DNA from: Candidatus Brennerbacteria bacterium
GTDB lineage: Bacteria > Patescibacteriota > Minisyncoccia > UBA6257 > GWB1-50-10
Length of the DNA: 64,000 nucleotides
Assembly: GCA_016183535.1 (NCBI GenBank)
Contig: JACPEK010000004.1
Location: forward strand, 73,013-137,012
Direction: 5' to 3'
Numbering within the stretch: the first letter of the stretch is position 1; each line of letters begins with the position of its first letter. Positions 1-10,160 of the stretch are shown here, in pieces. Under the pieces are notes generated by a model that worked only from the letters and a program-made list of their open reading frames with translations, was not told where the DNA came from and did not search any database. The position numbers and the translations under genes were made by a program.

Positions 1-1290
1 TTTCTCATCATCGGACTTCTTGTCTCCGCGCCCTTCGCGGCGCACGCCGACGATTCCGCGCCACCACTCATTGATGTATCATTTCCCTGCCCCGACACGC
101 AGGCGCTTGGGTTGGGAGAAGGGTGCGGCGATGCCACGGGCGCTGATATCGCGGGGTATCTTATCCGTTTCTACCAATTCGCCATTGCGGCCTCCGGCAT
201 CCTCGCGGTAGGGCTTATCGCCGTCGGTTCTATTTATATCTCAACCGCGGGGGGGAGCGCGGATCGCCAAAGTGAGGGGAGGGAAATGATCACCTCGGCT
301 CTGTGGGGCATCGTGCTCCTTTTCGGCTCATACCTCATCCTCCGCACCGTAAATCCTCGGCTTGTGTCGCTCGCAAATCCCACGATTGAGAAAGTGGATC
401 TTCCGGTTTGTGAGTACGACGAAGCGAACGACCCCGAACACCGACAACCTAAAAACTCGCCCTGCCGCCCGCCCGTCTTAGAGATTACACTCAAAAATCA
501 ATGCGCCGCATTCAAAGATATCCCCGTGTATTCAGGCGAGGTTCCTAAGGGGTCGTGCGCGTACCGAAGATCAATCGCGCCCGAGGAATTTTCGGTCGGA
601 TCGGGCGATTATTACGATGAATCGGAGGAGGTACCGAAAAATTCCACGATTTGGCTCTATCCATACTTCAAGAGTGACCAGGAAACCTCGACCGCAAAGT
701 GTCTCGTTTATGCATACCAGGACGTGGAGGGAGAAAAAAACGGTGGGGAAGTCAAGCTTATTGATATAAATCCGAATCTCGAGCTCTGTGCTTCGCAAAA
801 ACAAGAATCATCATCGAAAACTCTTGAAGATGCGAATCGTTCCCAAACTTGTAGTTCCAACGAAACAATTCCGAATGGTTTCTACCAAACCGACGAGGAG
901 CCGCGGGATAAATTGGAAGCCGCGGGTATCGATGTGAGAAGTTCCGGCAACTGCAACAACCGTTGCAATAAAAACTGCACGAGTTTAAAGGGGATTCCGA
1001 AAAATACCGTAGACAAACTCGTGCTCATACAAAAAGACTGTCAAGCCAAATGGCCCACCTGCGATCTCACAGTAACGGGAGGCACCGAGGTTGGACACAA
1101 AACCCACGGCATTGGACAGCCGGCGGTGGATATTTCATACGACCCGCTGGTGGGAGCGTTCCTGCGCGCGAGTTCCAATATACAAAAGTATGGTGTTTTA
1201 AATATATGCACGACGATCCAAGACCGGCAGTTCCGCTACAATTGCGATTTCAACGAAAACGAGCGGCATCTACACGTACGCTTTAATTAA
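1..1290 (+). CDS. secreted TrbC/VirB2-like pilin-domain protein with Cys-rich C-terminal extension (5' partial, continues upstream of window)
   Basis: Frame 1 is open from nt 1. A signal-peptide-like segment (FLIIGLLVSAPFAAHA) is followed by a two-helix motif (GADIAGYLIRFYQFAIAASGILAVGLIAVGSIYI...ITSALWGIVLLFGSYLILRTVNP) typical of T4SS pilin-like proteins, then more than 20 cysteines in the C-terminal 300 aa. Confidence 0.5.
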   Translation, partial: FLIIGLLVSAPFAAHADDSAPPLIDVSFPCPDTQALGLGEGCGDATGADIAGYLIRFYQFAIAASGILAVGLIAVGSIYISTAGGSADRQSEGREMITSALWGIVLLFGSYLILRTVNPRLVSLANPTIEKVDLPVCEYDEANDPEHRQPKNSPCRPPVLEITLKNQCAAFKDIPVYSGEVPKGSCAYRRSIAPEEFSVGSGDYYDESEEVPKNSTIWLYPYFKSDQETSTAKCLVYAYQDVEGEKNGGEVKLIDINPNLELCASQKQESSSKTLEDANRSQTCSSNETIPNGFYQTDEEPRDKLEAAGIDVRSSGNCNNRCNKNCTSLKGIPKNTVDKLVLIQKDCQAKWPTCDLTVTGGTEVGHKTHGIGQPAVDISYDPLVGAFLRASSNIQKYGVLNICTTIQDRQFRYNCDFNENERHLHVRFN

Positions 1291-1293
1291 CCA

Positions 1294-2487
1294 ATGAAAC
1301 CTTCTCTGATCAGAATTATTCTAATCGCCGCAGTTCTCGGCACCACAATCTTCGCGGCATATTTCGGATGGCGCGCGTTTTTTGTCTCCAACGCCTCCAA
1401 GGCCCTTGTTCCCGATCTTCCCGCGGGCGGTATCTTTCCCGCCGAACCGGGCGGCGGCGCGGAAAACAGTGAAGAGAGAAATTCCGCCCAGGAGATATCG
1501 TCCGAGGGTAAGGTGCAACTTGAAAGAATCTCGAACGCGCCGGCTTCGGATTTTTGGATAAACCTCCTTACCGACGAAGTGTTCTACCTCACCGAGGACG
1601 GGAGGGTATTTAAGGTGAATGAAAAAGAAGATACGGAAATCTCGCGCCAAACCCTCGGGCCCCTCAACTCCGCCACGCCAAGCCGTTCCGGTGAGAGCAT
1701 GCTTGTATCGTTCGGCGGACGCGAAAACCCGCGGTGGGCGATTTTCGACGCCGCAAGCGGCGCGTGGCACCCTCTTCCTTCCGGAATACGGGCCGCCGCG
1801 TGGGGAAGAAACTCCGATGAGATTTTTGCGGTAGTGACGCAAAACGGCACACGCCCGCTCGTCCGCATGGATCTCTCAAAAACTCCTCTTTCTTCTCAAA
1901 CCATACTCCGCGACCTCAACCTCGAAGAGGTGGCACTCGCATTCCGCGAATCGCCCGACGCGCTCGTAATTTCCGAACCTCCAAGCGCGCGGATCGCGTC
2001 GCGCACGTGGCTTCTCGACCTTTCGCCGAAAACACCGACGCTCGCGACGCTCTTTCCGCCCGCCTACCGCTTCACGGTTGCCGTCTCAAACGGCGGCACG
2101 CTCTACCTCGCGTCCGGCGAACAATTCAGAATTCTCGACGCGGAAACCAAGGAAAACGCTTTTCTCCTCCCATTCCACACGCTTTCAGGAAAGTGCGCCA
2201 CTGAACTCACTTCAGATGGCGATTTTGCGTGGTGTTTTGTTCCGCGGAGCTCTCTCGCGGAAGTTGCGGCGGCCGAAGATTACCGCCGGCGCAAAACATT
2301 CAGCGTTGACACGCTCTACGCTTTGGACATCTACAACGATGAGCTTTTGAAAGTTTTTGAGAGCGGCGTGGATGACGTTCCCGCGATAGACGCCGAAAAA
2401 CCGCGTTACGGGCGCGGAGGAGTGTATTTTATAAACCGCTACGACAATCTGGTCTATCGCCTCCGCCTCAACGCGGACAGTGATTAA
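1294..2487 (+). CDS. hypothetical membrane-anchored extracytoplasmic protein
   Basis: 397-aa ORF with an N-terminal TM helix (IRIILIAAVLGTTIFAAYFGW). No recognisable catalytic motifs. Sits 3 nt downstream of the pilin-like gene. Confidence 0.45.
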   Translation: MKPSLIRIILIAAVLGTTIFAAYFGWRAFFVSNASKALVPDLPAGGIFPAEPGGGAENSEERNSAQEISSEGKVQLERISNAPASDFWINLLTDEVFYLTEDGRVFKVNEKEDTEISRQTLGPLNSATPSRSGESMLVSFGGRENPRWAIFDAASGAWHPLPSGIRAAAWGRNSDEIFAVVTQNGTRPLVRMDLSKTPLSSQTILRDLNLEEVALAFRESPDALVISEPPSARIASRTWLLDLSPKTPTLATLFPPAYRFTVAVSNGGTLYLASGEQFRILDAETKENAFLLPFHTLSGKCATELTSDGDFAWCFVPRSSLAEVAAAEDYRRRKTFSVDTLYALDIYNDELLKVFESGVDDVPAIDAEKPRYGRGGVYFINRYDNLVYRLRLNADSD

Positions 2488-2912
2488 GAAACGTGCTTGA
2501 TCACCACGCGGCGTTCTTTCCCGGCGCCCACGCTCTCCGTCGTAAGTTCAGGATGGGTCATGATCTCCACGTGCACAAGTCGCCGCTCGTAGGCGTTCAT
2601 TGCGGGCAGTTCCACTTCTGATTTCGTCGCTACCGCTTTCCGTGCGGCCGCGCGGGCGAGCTCCGAAATAAGACGCTCCCGCTCTTTCCGATAATAATTC
2701 ACATCGAGAATGCAAACGGGGAGATTCTCGTGACGAACCATGAGGTTTGCCGCCGTTTCAAGAAACGGCAACAAATACCCTATTTCGTCCCGCGTGAGGT
2801 TGTCGCCGATGTGCACGGAAATTTTCCGGTGCGTTTCTTCGAATTCCGCGCTCACTTCGGAAAATCCCATAAGGAGCAGGAGGTTTTTTATTTTTTCACT
2901 GATGCGATCCAT
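2484..2912 (-). CDS. jag: Jag/KhpB-like R3H domain RNA-binding protein
   Basis: C-terminal R3H-like motif (AYERRLVHVEI). Canonical position downstream of yidC in the rpmH-rnpA-yidC-jag cluster. Confidence 0.6.
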   Translation of the reverse strand: MDRISEKIKNLLLLMGFSEVSAEFEETHRKISVHIGDNLTRDEIGYLLPFLETAANLMVRHENLPVCILDVNYYRKERERLISELARAAARKAVATKSEVELPAMNAYERRLVHVEIMTHPELTTESVGAGKERRVVIKHVS

Positions 2913-3630
2913 GGGTGGAAGGTGAGTGGGGGAGGATCGCGGCCGGAAGAATTTTATCCTTTACGGCGCGATTGATCATAATCTGCTGCGCTATGGAAAA
3001 CACGGTTGACGCAATCCAATATATCCCGAGCGCGGAGGGAAGGGGGGTTAAAACGATAAGCGTGATCGCCGGCCCTATGACCAATCCGAAAATTTTTGTC
3101 ATTTTCGCCGAATCGAACCTGTCGGTCTTATCGGATGTGTTGGTCTTACCGGCTTGCGGCATAAGCCGCGCCTGAAGGTATTGGAGCCCCGCCGCGAGCA
3201 CCGCCACCATGAAATTCCTCTCCTCAAGGGAAACTAACCCAAGAAAGCTACGCGAGTCAAATACGCCGTTCCCGAGCTCGCGGGTAAAAATTTGAAACAG
3301 CGCGATAAACACGGGAATTTGCAGAGCGAGAAACAAAATTCCCGAAAGAGGGTTTACGCGGTGTTCCCGATAGAGCGCCATAAGCGCCCGACCCTGCGCC
3401 TCCCGATCTTCTTTGTGGCGCTCCTGGATTTCCTTTACCTTCGGTTGAATCGCTTGGAGAATGGTTTGATCTTTGGCGCTCTTCCAAAACAGCGGAAGGA
3501 GCGCCACGCGCACCACTACGGTCAGTAATACGATGGCGATACCAAGATCTTGAAAAGATATCGTCTGGTAGATCCAGACGAGTGCGGCGAGAATCGGATG
3601 ATATAAATAAGTTTGGAAGAGGTTACCCAT
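2896..3630 (-). CDS. yidC: membrane protein insertase YidC/Oxa1 family
   Basis: 244-aa multi-TM protein. Conserved position between rnpA and jag. YidC-like TM core. Confidence 0.8.
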   Translation of the reverse strand: MGNLFQTYLYHPILAALVWIYQTISFQDLGIAIVLLTVVVRVALLPLFWKSAKDQTILQAIQPKVKEIQERHKEDREAQGRALMALYREHRVNPLSGILFLALQIPVFIALFQIFTRELGNGVFDSRSFLGLVSLEERNFMVAVLAAGLQYLQARLMPQAGKTNTSDKTDRFDSAKMTKIFGLVIGPAITLIVLTPLPSALGIYWIASTVFSIAQQIMINRAVKDKILPAAILPHSPSTHGSHQ

Positions 3631-3883
3631 AGAGGCGTAATTTTTTTTCTATTTCTTCGACGAGTGCGGCGAAGGGGGCCTGCGCGACGCCTTTGAATCC
3701 TACGATGGTGATCGCGCCCGCCGGCGCAAATGTGATTCGCGCGCACGCGACTCTGATGCGTCTTCGAATGCGGTTTCTCAAAACGGCGCGGGGTGCTTCC
3801 TTTTTCGTCACCGCGATGACGAGGGATTTTTTAGTTCCGCGAACTCCCCGCCGGATTGTCACGAGCGGGATTGTGGATTGCAT
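3623..3883 (-). CDS. rnpA: ribonuclease P protein component
   Basis: RNRIRRRIR motif (RnpA RNR box). Lies immediately downstream of rpmH. The longer track ORF 3623..4018 includes the rpmH region in another frame, so the start is probably the internal ATG (MQSTIPL). Confidence 0.6.
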   Translation of the reverse strand: MQSTIPLVTIRRGVRGTKKSLVIAVTKKEAPRAVLRNRIRRRIRVACARITFAPAGAITIVGFKGVAQAPFAALVEEIEKKLRLYG

Positions 3884-3884
3884 C

Positions 3885-4022
3885 TTAACGCACCGCGAGG
3901 CGGCTGCGTCCTTTCCGCCGCCGGCGGCGCAATACCGCGCGACCCGTGCGGGTTCTTGCGCGAACAAGAAACCCGTGGGTTTTCTTTCGTTTTCGGCGGT
4001 TCGGTTGGTAGGTAACACTCAT
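3885..4022 (-). CDS. rpmH: 50S ribosomal protein L34
   Basis: Hand translation gives [45 protein letters not shown], a classic L34. It is under 60 aa and so absent from the track. Coordinates are +/- a few nt. Confidence 0.7.
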   Translation of the reverse strand: MSVTYQPNRRKRKKTHGFLVRARTRTGRAVLRRRRRKGRSRLAVR

Positions 4023-4158
4023 CGCACACGCATCATACCAAGAACACGCGCGGAATTCAACGCTGTGAGCTCTAAGGGAATTGTCAACATGCTATACCCC
4101 ATCCACCCACATTCGGAACTTTTACAAATGCTTGCCCTGCACAGCGGGCGCGGGTAAT

Positions 4159-5544
4159 ATGGTGGCAATGAACCCTAAGGAACTTTGGAAGGCGACTCTT
4201 GGCGAGATTGAACTGCAAATCTCCAAACCAAACTTCATCACGTGGCTCAAAAACAGCGAACTTATTGAGCGGAACGAGCGCGAAGGGGTGGCGCTTGTGG
4301 GACTTCCTAATAACTTCGCCAAAGAGTGGGTGCGCAACCGTTACCACAAGCTTATTCTCGGATCACTGCGAAATCTCGATAACTCGATACGGAATGTGGA
4401 TTATGTTGTTATCACGGGCGCGCGCGAAGTTCCCGCTCGCGTCGCGGTAAGTAAACCCATCGCCGCTTCTCCGCTCACCGACGAGCACAAACTTCCTATA
4501 AGCGAACTTAAGGTGGATCCGATTACAAATCTCAATCCACGGTACACCCTGGACACCTTCATTGTTGGTTCTTCGAATGAATTGGCATACGCCGCCACAC
4601 AGGCGGTAATCGCGTCCGTTGGTAAAAAATATAACCCGCTGTTTCTCTACGGCGGAGTGGGGCTTGGAAAAACCCATCTTCTCCAAGCAACGGGGAATGC
4701 CATCGCGAGCCATGCCGGCGCAAGAAACCGTGTATTCTATGTCTCCTCGGAAAAATTCATCAATGATGTGGTGTGGGCGGTCCGTAACAAACGTATGGAG
4801 GATATAAAAAAGCGCTATCGCGACGTAGATGTCCTCATTATTGACGATATTCAGTTTATTGGAGGAAAAACCACTACCGAACTCGAGTTTTTTTATACCT
4901 TCAACGCGCTCCACGAACACTCGAAACAAATCATTATCTCCTCGGATCGCCCCCCCGCCGCCATCCCCACGCTTGAAGAGCGTCTCCGCTCCCGTTTTGA
5001 AGGTGGAATGATTGTTGATATAGGGTATCCCGACTACGAAATGCGTCTCGCGATTCTCCGCGCAAAAACCCAAGAACTCGGGGCGTTGCTCGACGGTAAA
5101 ATTCTCGACCACATCGCCGCAAAAGTGCAAAAAAACATACGGGAGCTCGAGGGGGTGTTGAATAAGGTTTTGTTTCTTTCCCAGCACCGCGGCGGCTCAC
5201 TTGATATCAAAAAAATAGACGAAGTTATCAGTGAAACAACTCGCGTGTCTTCAAAAAATGTGAACGCTTCGGATATTGTAAAAACTGTCGCGGAATTTTT
5301 TGAAGTTCCGGTTTCAGATCTCACCAATCGATGTCGGAAACAAGAAGTGGTGGAACCGCGACAGATCGCCATGTTTCTCCTTCGTGACGTGCTCAAACTC
5401 TCCTATCCCCATATCGGAGAAAAATTAGGGAAGCGCGATCATACCACCGCAATTCACGCGTATGAAAAAATCAACAAAGCTTTGAGTCAGAATCCCGCAC
5501 TCAATCAAAAAATTATACTCATTAAAGAACGTGTGTATAAGTAG
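4159..5544 (+). CDS. dnaA: chromosomal replication initiator DnaA
   Basis: Walker A GGVGLGKTHLL, AAA+ box, and a C-terminal DnaA-box-binding HTH. The track ORF starts at TTG 4081; ATG 4159 (MVAMNPKELW) fits the DnaA N-terminus. Confidence 0.9.
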   Translation: MVAMNPKELWKATLGEIELQISKPNFITWLKNSELIERNEREGVALVGLPNNFAKEWVRNRYHKLILGSLRNLDNSIRNVDYVVITGAREVPARVAVSKPIAASPLTDEHKLPISELKVDPITNLNPRYTLDTFIVGSSNELAYAATQAVIASVGKKYNPLFLYGGVGLGKTHLLQATGNAIASHAGARNRVFYVSSEKFINDVVWAVRNKRMEDIKKRYRDVDVLIIDDIQFIGGKTTTELEFFYTFNALHEHSKQIIISSDRPPAAIPTLEERLRSRFEGGMIVDIGYPDYEMRLAILRAKTQELGALLDGKILDHIAAKVQKNIRELEGVLNKVLFLSQHRGGSLDIKKIDEVISETTRVSSKNVNASDIVKTVAEFFEVPVSDLTNRCRKQEVVEPRQIAMFLLRDVLKLSYPHIGEKLGKRDHTTAIHAYEKINKALSQNPALNQKIILIKERVYK

Positions 5545-5696
5545 TGACGCAATTTCTATTCCTATCACCATCTGATCTCCGCGTTATCCACTAACCATAC
5601 AGAATAAAAACTCTAAATTATGCCGCGTGTAAAACAATTTTCGTATTTTCTCCACATATCCACATGTGCTACTAATGCTTCTATTATTTTATAAAT
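5545..5696. other. candidate oriC / DnaA-box cluster in dnaA-dnaN spacer
   Basis: Contains TTATCCACT (5584-5592) and ATATCCACA (5656-5664), which match the DnaA box TTATCCACA at 8/9. AT-rich flanks. Classic dnaA-dnaN location. Confidence 0.4.
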
Positions 5697-6806
5697 ATGA
5701 AAATAGTAGTACTTAGAGAGAACCTGGTTTTCGGACTTTCTGTGGTTGAACGAGCGGTGGGAGTGGGATCTAACCTTCCTATTCTCAAAAACGTGCTCTT
5801 TTCCGCGCACGAGGGAATAATTTCACTCACCGCGACCAACCTTGAAATCGCTGTTACCCACAATATTTCCGGTAAGGTGCTTGAAAATGGAGAAATAACA
5901 TGTCCATTTCAAATTTTGAATGCTGCGATTAAAAACGTGGCGGCGGAGCGGATTGCGCTTGAACAGGTGGGGAAAAAACTTGCCGTTAGCACCGATAACT
6001 ACGACGCTCAAATTCAAACACAAGATCCAAAAGAATACCCCCTTATTCCCTCGGTGCAGACTTCCGCTCCGACGGTATCGCTTGACGCCGCTTCGCTGAC
6101 CCACGCGCTTTCGAGTGTGATTGTGGCAACCCAATATACCGATATCCGCCCGGAAATAAGCGGTGTACTTTTCAGATTTCACGAAGAAGGATTAACACTT
6201 GTGGCAACCGACAGTTTCCGGCTCGCAGAATTCCGCTTAGTGAATAAGGGAGTGGTGGGTGGCGGTATAGACGCGATCGTCCCGCTCCGCGCGGCGGAAG
6301 AGGTATTGCGTATTATTCAAACAGAAGAAAGCGGTTCTTTGGTGGAAATCACTCTCGAGCCGAATCAGGTCCTTTTTAAAACTTCCCGCACACGGCTTAT
6401 TTCGCGTCTTATCGATGGCCGTTTCCCGGAATACCACGCGATCATCCCGAAAGAGGTGAAACACGAAGCGGTGATCGCGCGGGAAGAATTTGCCCGTGCC
6501 GTTCGAGCGACGAGTTCATTTGCGGGCCGCGCGAGCGATGTGACGCTTACGGTTTCCGAGAATAAAAAATTTTTAGAGCTTTCATCAAGCGACGCGGCGC
6601 TCGGAGAGGGGCGTTCCCGCGTGCCTATTAAAATAAAAGGGGAGAAATTTTCCGCGGCGTTTAATTGGCGTTACTTCCTTGACGGTCTCAAGATTTACCA
6701 AGGACCGTACGTGAAACTCGGAATGAACGCGCCAGATCGTCCGGTGGTAATAAGCGACCCCGATGCCGCTTATTTAACTTACGTGGTGATGCCGATAAAA
6801 ACCTGA
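5697..6806 (+). CDS. dnaN: DNA polymerase III beta sliding clamp
   Basis: 369 aa. Three-domain clamp with the characteristic start MKIVVLRENL. Immediately downstream of dnaA. Confidence 0.9.
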   Translation: MKIVVLRENLVFGLSVVERAVGVGSNLPILKNVLFSAHEGIISLTATNLEIAVTHNISGKVLENGEITCPFQILNAAIKNVAAERIALEQVGKKLAVSTDNYDAQIQTQDPKEYPLIPSVQTSAPTVSLDAASLTHALSSVIVATQYTDIRPEISGVLFRFHEEGLTLVATDSFRLAEFRLVNKGVVGGGIDAIVPLRAAEEVLRIIQTEESGSLVEITLEPNQVLFKTSRTRLISRLIDGRFPEYHAIIPKEVKHEAVIAREEFARAVRATSSFAGRASDVTLTVSENKKFLELSSSDAALGEGRSRVPIKIKGEKFSAAFNWRYFLDGLKIYQGPYVKLGMNAPDRPVVISDPDAAYLTYVVMPIKT

Positions 6807-6810
6807 TTTG

Positions 6811-9339
6811 CTACCGCTTCGAATAAAATATAACGGTACGTGACGCATTATTTTCTTTTAAGTCGTATATTTTAAGTTCAACTGAATTTTGAGGTTCGAG
6901 GACTACCGGAACGGCGTAGCGATAGAAATACGCGTTCCCCGAGAGTGGAAGCGCGTGAATGAGGCGTCGATTGAAATACAATTCGGCGCGCGCGAGGTTC
7001 GCGCTTCCCGCGCGCAAAGCGGCGGTTACAACGAGCGGGGTGTCCACGAATGACCCATTTTCCGGTTTGAGTTGGTCTATTAAAAGATCACCAGTGGACA
7101 CGGCGGGAGAGAGGGGCGGTAGGGTTTCCGACGAGAAAGAAGCGTTGTCGGAAAGAGGTTTGTTATAAGTCAGTGAAAACCCCTGAATATTCGCGCGTGC
7201 CCACGCGAGCACCGTGTCTTCCCAATTTTGAAACTGCGGGTCGTTTTCTGGATGTGTGGGAATTGGACCTGCGGGATCGTTACGATCGACATAGAAGAGG
7301 ATAGAATGGGCATGCCGAGATATCACACCACCATCCCGCGCCGCGACATCCCACGTCCCGTTCAACATAGGTTTCAAAATTGTCGCGGGCGGTGCGGGGT
7401 GCTCGAAGGGTTCGGGCGCGTATTTTGCGAGCGCCTCTTTTATGAACGCGTGCCATATCGGAACCGCCGCGAGAATACTCGAACCTTGGCGGATCATTTG
7501 TTGGTTGTTGTTGTTACCTGCCCATACGCCGACCGTGAGGAAAGGGGTATACCCGACCGTCCATGCGTCGCGGTGATCTTCGCTGGTGCCGGTTTTAAGC
7601 GCTACCTCGTGATCGGGAAAAATAGTGAGCGCGTTCGAGCTTCTGAAGATTGGATATCTAAGGTCGGGATCGGAAAGGATACGCGTTATTGTCTTTGCCG
7701 CCGCGCCATCGTCGGCGCGCACCGCGTCATCGCGATACTCCTCAAGTACACGTCCTTCGGCGTTCTCCACGCGCAATACGAGTGCTTGCCGATGGCGTAT
7801 TCCGTTTTGAGAGAGCGACGCGTACGCGTTCACTAAGTCAATTAATTTTACCTCCCCGCCCCCTAAGGTGAGCGAGAGGCCATAACGCCATCGCTCCTGG
7901 AGCGTGGTGATGCCATACGCGTGGAGTTTTTTTAACACATTATCGAACCCGGCGAGGTAGAGTGTTTTCACGGCGGGAATATTCAAGGATTCGGCGAGCG
8001 CACTCTGCATTTTTATTGGGCCGCGAGTCGTGCCGTCAAAATTCACGGGGCGGTAGCTTGTGGCGGGGTCGTTTCGCGTATCGAACTCGGTCGGAACGTC
8101 GAAGAGAACTGTTTCCGGCGAATATCCGTTTTCGAACGCGGTAAGGTACACAAAAGGTTTCAACGCCGATCCGGGCTGGCGGAGGCCTTGAATTGCGACG
8201 TTGAAATTCCCTTCGAATTGGCAGGTGAGACCCGGCGTGCACCCCGCTGGCTCCGGAGGAGAGAAATAATCTTTGGATCCGACGAGTGCAAGCACTTGTC
8301 CGGTTTTGGGATCTTGGGCGACGAGCGCGGCATTCGCGCTTCCGTAAAGTGCGAGATTGCGGGCGGAACCGTCGCGCACCGCGATTTCCGCGAGCCCTTG
8401 GAGCTCTGCATCAAGCGTGGTGATAACGCGAAGCCCCCCGCTCTCAACCGCCTCGGCGCCGTACCGTTCAATGAGATATTCTTTGACCGCGAGGGAGAAA
8501 TGGGGAGCAACAATAGTGCCGAGCGAGGGGACGGTAAAAACAATTCTTTCTTTCTTGGCGCGATCGCGTTCCTCGGTACTTAAGGTTCCGAGTTCCGCCA
8601 TACGATCGAGCACGTAATCTTTACGCGCAAGCAAGTCAGCGCTATGAGATCCCCATGGCGAATAGTACGAGGGAGCCTTAAGGAGTGCGGCGAGTGTGGC
8701 CGCCTCGGCGATCGACACCTCCTTGATTGATTTTGCAAAATATACCTGGCTCGCCGCTTCCACGCCATAGGCGTTTGAGCCGTAAGGGATCTGGTTCAGG
8801 TAAAACCCTAATATCTCGTCTTTTGAATATCGCTTTTCAAGCTCTAAGGCGAGAATAAGCTCTTTTATTTTTCTCAAGTATGTTTTTTCAGATGTGAGGA
8901 ACACGTTTTTCGCGAGTTGTTGGGTGATAGTGGAACCACCTTGTACCCTGCGCCCCTCCTTCAGATTTGCGAGGAAGGCCCGCATAATAGCTCGCCAATC
9001 GAACGCCGGCTGTCGATAAAACTCCGCGTTTTCCGCCGCGAGCGTGGCGTTTTTCATATAGTGTGGTATGTCCTCGAACGAAAGGACGGTACGTTTTTCA
9101 AGACCGTGTATTTCGTAGAGCAGATGTTCGCCGGTGCGGTCGTAGAGTTTGGTGGATTGACGGACTTGACGCGCTTGAAATTGGTCCGGCGCGGGAAGTG
9201 ATTGGATGGTGAAAAAAAGCCACGCACCGATCCCTAAGATCGCCGCGAGCGCGATTGAAGCGCTCCAAAATATCCACCACGAGATTTTTTTATGTGGAAG
9301 CGCCGTGCGCCACCTCCCCGCGCCTTTGTACTTATTCAC
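6811..9339 (-). CDS. ponA: class A penicillin-binding protein (transglycosylase/transpeptidase) with long C-terminal extension
   Basis: N-terminal TM. GT51 motifs (EDxxFxxHxG-like, RKxxE) and a transpeptidase SxxK-type region. 842 aa. Confidence 0.85.
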   Translation of the reverse strand: MNKYKGAGRWRTALPHKKISWWIFWSASIALAAILGIGAWLFFTIQSLPAPDQFQARQVRQSTKLYDRTGEHLLYEIHGLEKRTVLSFEDIPHYMKNATLAAENAEFYRQPAFDWRAIMRAFLANLKEGRRVQGGSTITQQLAKNVFLTSEKTYLRKIKELILALELEKRYSKDEILGFYLNQIPYGSNAYGVEAASQVYFAKSIKEVSIAEAATLAALLKAPSYYSPWGSHSADLLARKDYVLDRMAELGTLSTEERDRAKKERIVFTVPSLGTIVAPHFSLAVKEYLIERYGAEAVESGGLRVITTLDAELQGLAEIAVRDGSARNLALYGSANAALVAQDPKTGQVLALVGSKDYFSPPEPAGCTPGLTCQFEGNFNVAIQGLRQPGSALKPFVYLTAFENGYSPETVLFDVPTEFDTRNDPATSYRPVNFDGTTRGPIKMQSALAESLNIPAVKTLYLAGFDNVLKKLHAYGITTLQERWRYGLSLTLGGGEVKLIDLVNAYASLSQNGIRHRQALVLRVENAEGRVLEEYRDDAVRADDGAAAKTITRILSDPDLRYPIFRSSNALTIFPDHEVALKTGTSEDHRDAWTVGYTPFLTVGVWAGNNNNQQMIRQGSSILAAVPIWHAFIKEALAKYAPEPFEHPAPPATILKPMLNGTWDVAARDGGVISRHAHSILFYVDRNDPAGPIPTHPENDPQFQNWEDTVLAWARANIQGFSLTYNKPLSDNASFSSETLPPLSPAVSTGDLLIDQLKPENGSFVDTPLVVTAALRAGSANLARAELYFNRRLIHALPLSGNAYFYRYAVPVVLEPQNSVELKIYDLKENNASRTVIFYSKR

Positions 9340-9692
9340 AATTCGAGTTTCCAGTAATTATAGCGGTAATTGTCGGGTTTTGCTCAAACACGAACACGCC
9401 CCTGCGGAGGCAGGGGCGCCGTGTTCACTTGTGAAAACCACACGTCCACTCTTTACTCTTCGGAGGTTTCCGAGAGATCATTGTCATCCGGCGTTTCTTC
9501 GGCCGGAGACGGAGCGTAAGGTTCTCCCTATTCATCTTCTCTTCCAACCCCCTCTTCGTCGGTTGATATGCCGTCGCCGAGGTATGTCATACGAATAAGC
9601 GTATCCGTCATGGTAGAAAAAAAATCCGCGACCTTTTCTTAGCTTAGTTCGAGGAAAGTATAGAGAGAGAATAGTATGTGTCAACCCCCTCC

Positions 9693-10160
9693 TTACCACA
9701 CGTGTTTAGAAGCGGCAATCGCGATCGCGATCGCGTCCGTAGTATCGTCCAACGTTGACGCGTCGGGGAGATGCAGGATCCACCGCGACATTTTCGCTAC
9801 CGCGCGTTTTGAGGCGTTGCCGTCCCCCGCAACGGATTGTTTTACCTGATTTGGTGTAAGTTCGATGATAGAACCCCCCGCTTTCGCGGTGGCAAGGAGA
9901 ATGACACCGCGAGCTTCGGCGACCGCCATGGCGGTGCGCTGGTTGGTTGAAAAGAAAAGGCGTTCGATGCCCACGCGCTCGGGACGGAATTTTTTTAAAA
10001 AAGACACCATGAGCGATTCGAGCACCACGAGACGATCCGTGTTTTTGGCCGACGGTATTTCCCACGTTCCGAACGTTTCGGGTCGGAGCGAATTTCCCTC
10101 CGCCACCACCACCGCGTATCCGATGCGCGCAATTCCCGGGTCGATGCCGGCAATTTTCAT
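9693..10160 (-). CDS. ruvC: Holliday junction resolvase RuvC
   Basis: MKIAGIDPGIARIGYAVV start, RuvC fold. Overlaps the yebC stop (ATGA). Confidence 0.85.
   Translation of the reverse strand: MKIAGIDPGIARIGYAVVVAEGNSLRPETFGTWEIPSAKNTDRLVVLESLMVSFLKKFRPERVGIERLFFSTNQRTAMAVAEARGVILLATAKAGGSIIELTPNQVKQSVAGDGNASKRAVAKMSRWILHLPDASTLDDTTDAIAIAIAASKHVW

Noticed and set aside
3885-4022. Apparent +1 frameshift in rpmH during manual reading
   Set aside because: The six-frame track gives a continuous 3623..4018 ORF whose residues fix the nucleotide string. With that string the L34 frame is open for 45 codons. The frameshift was my transcription error.
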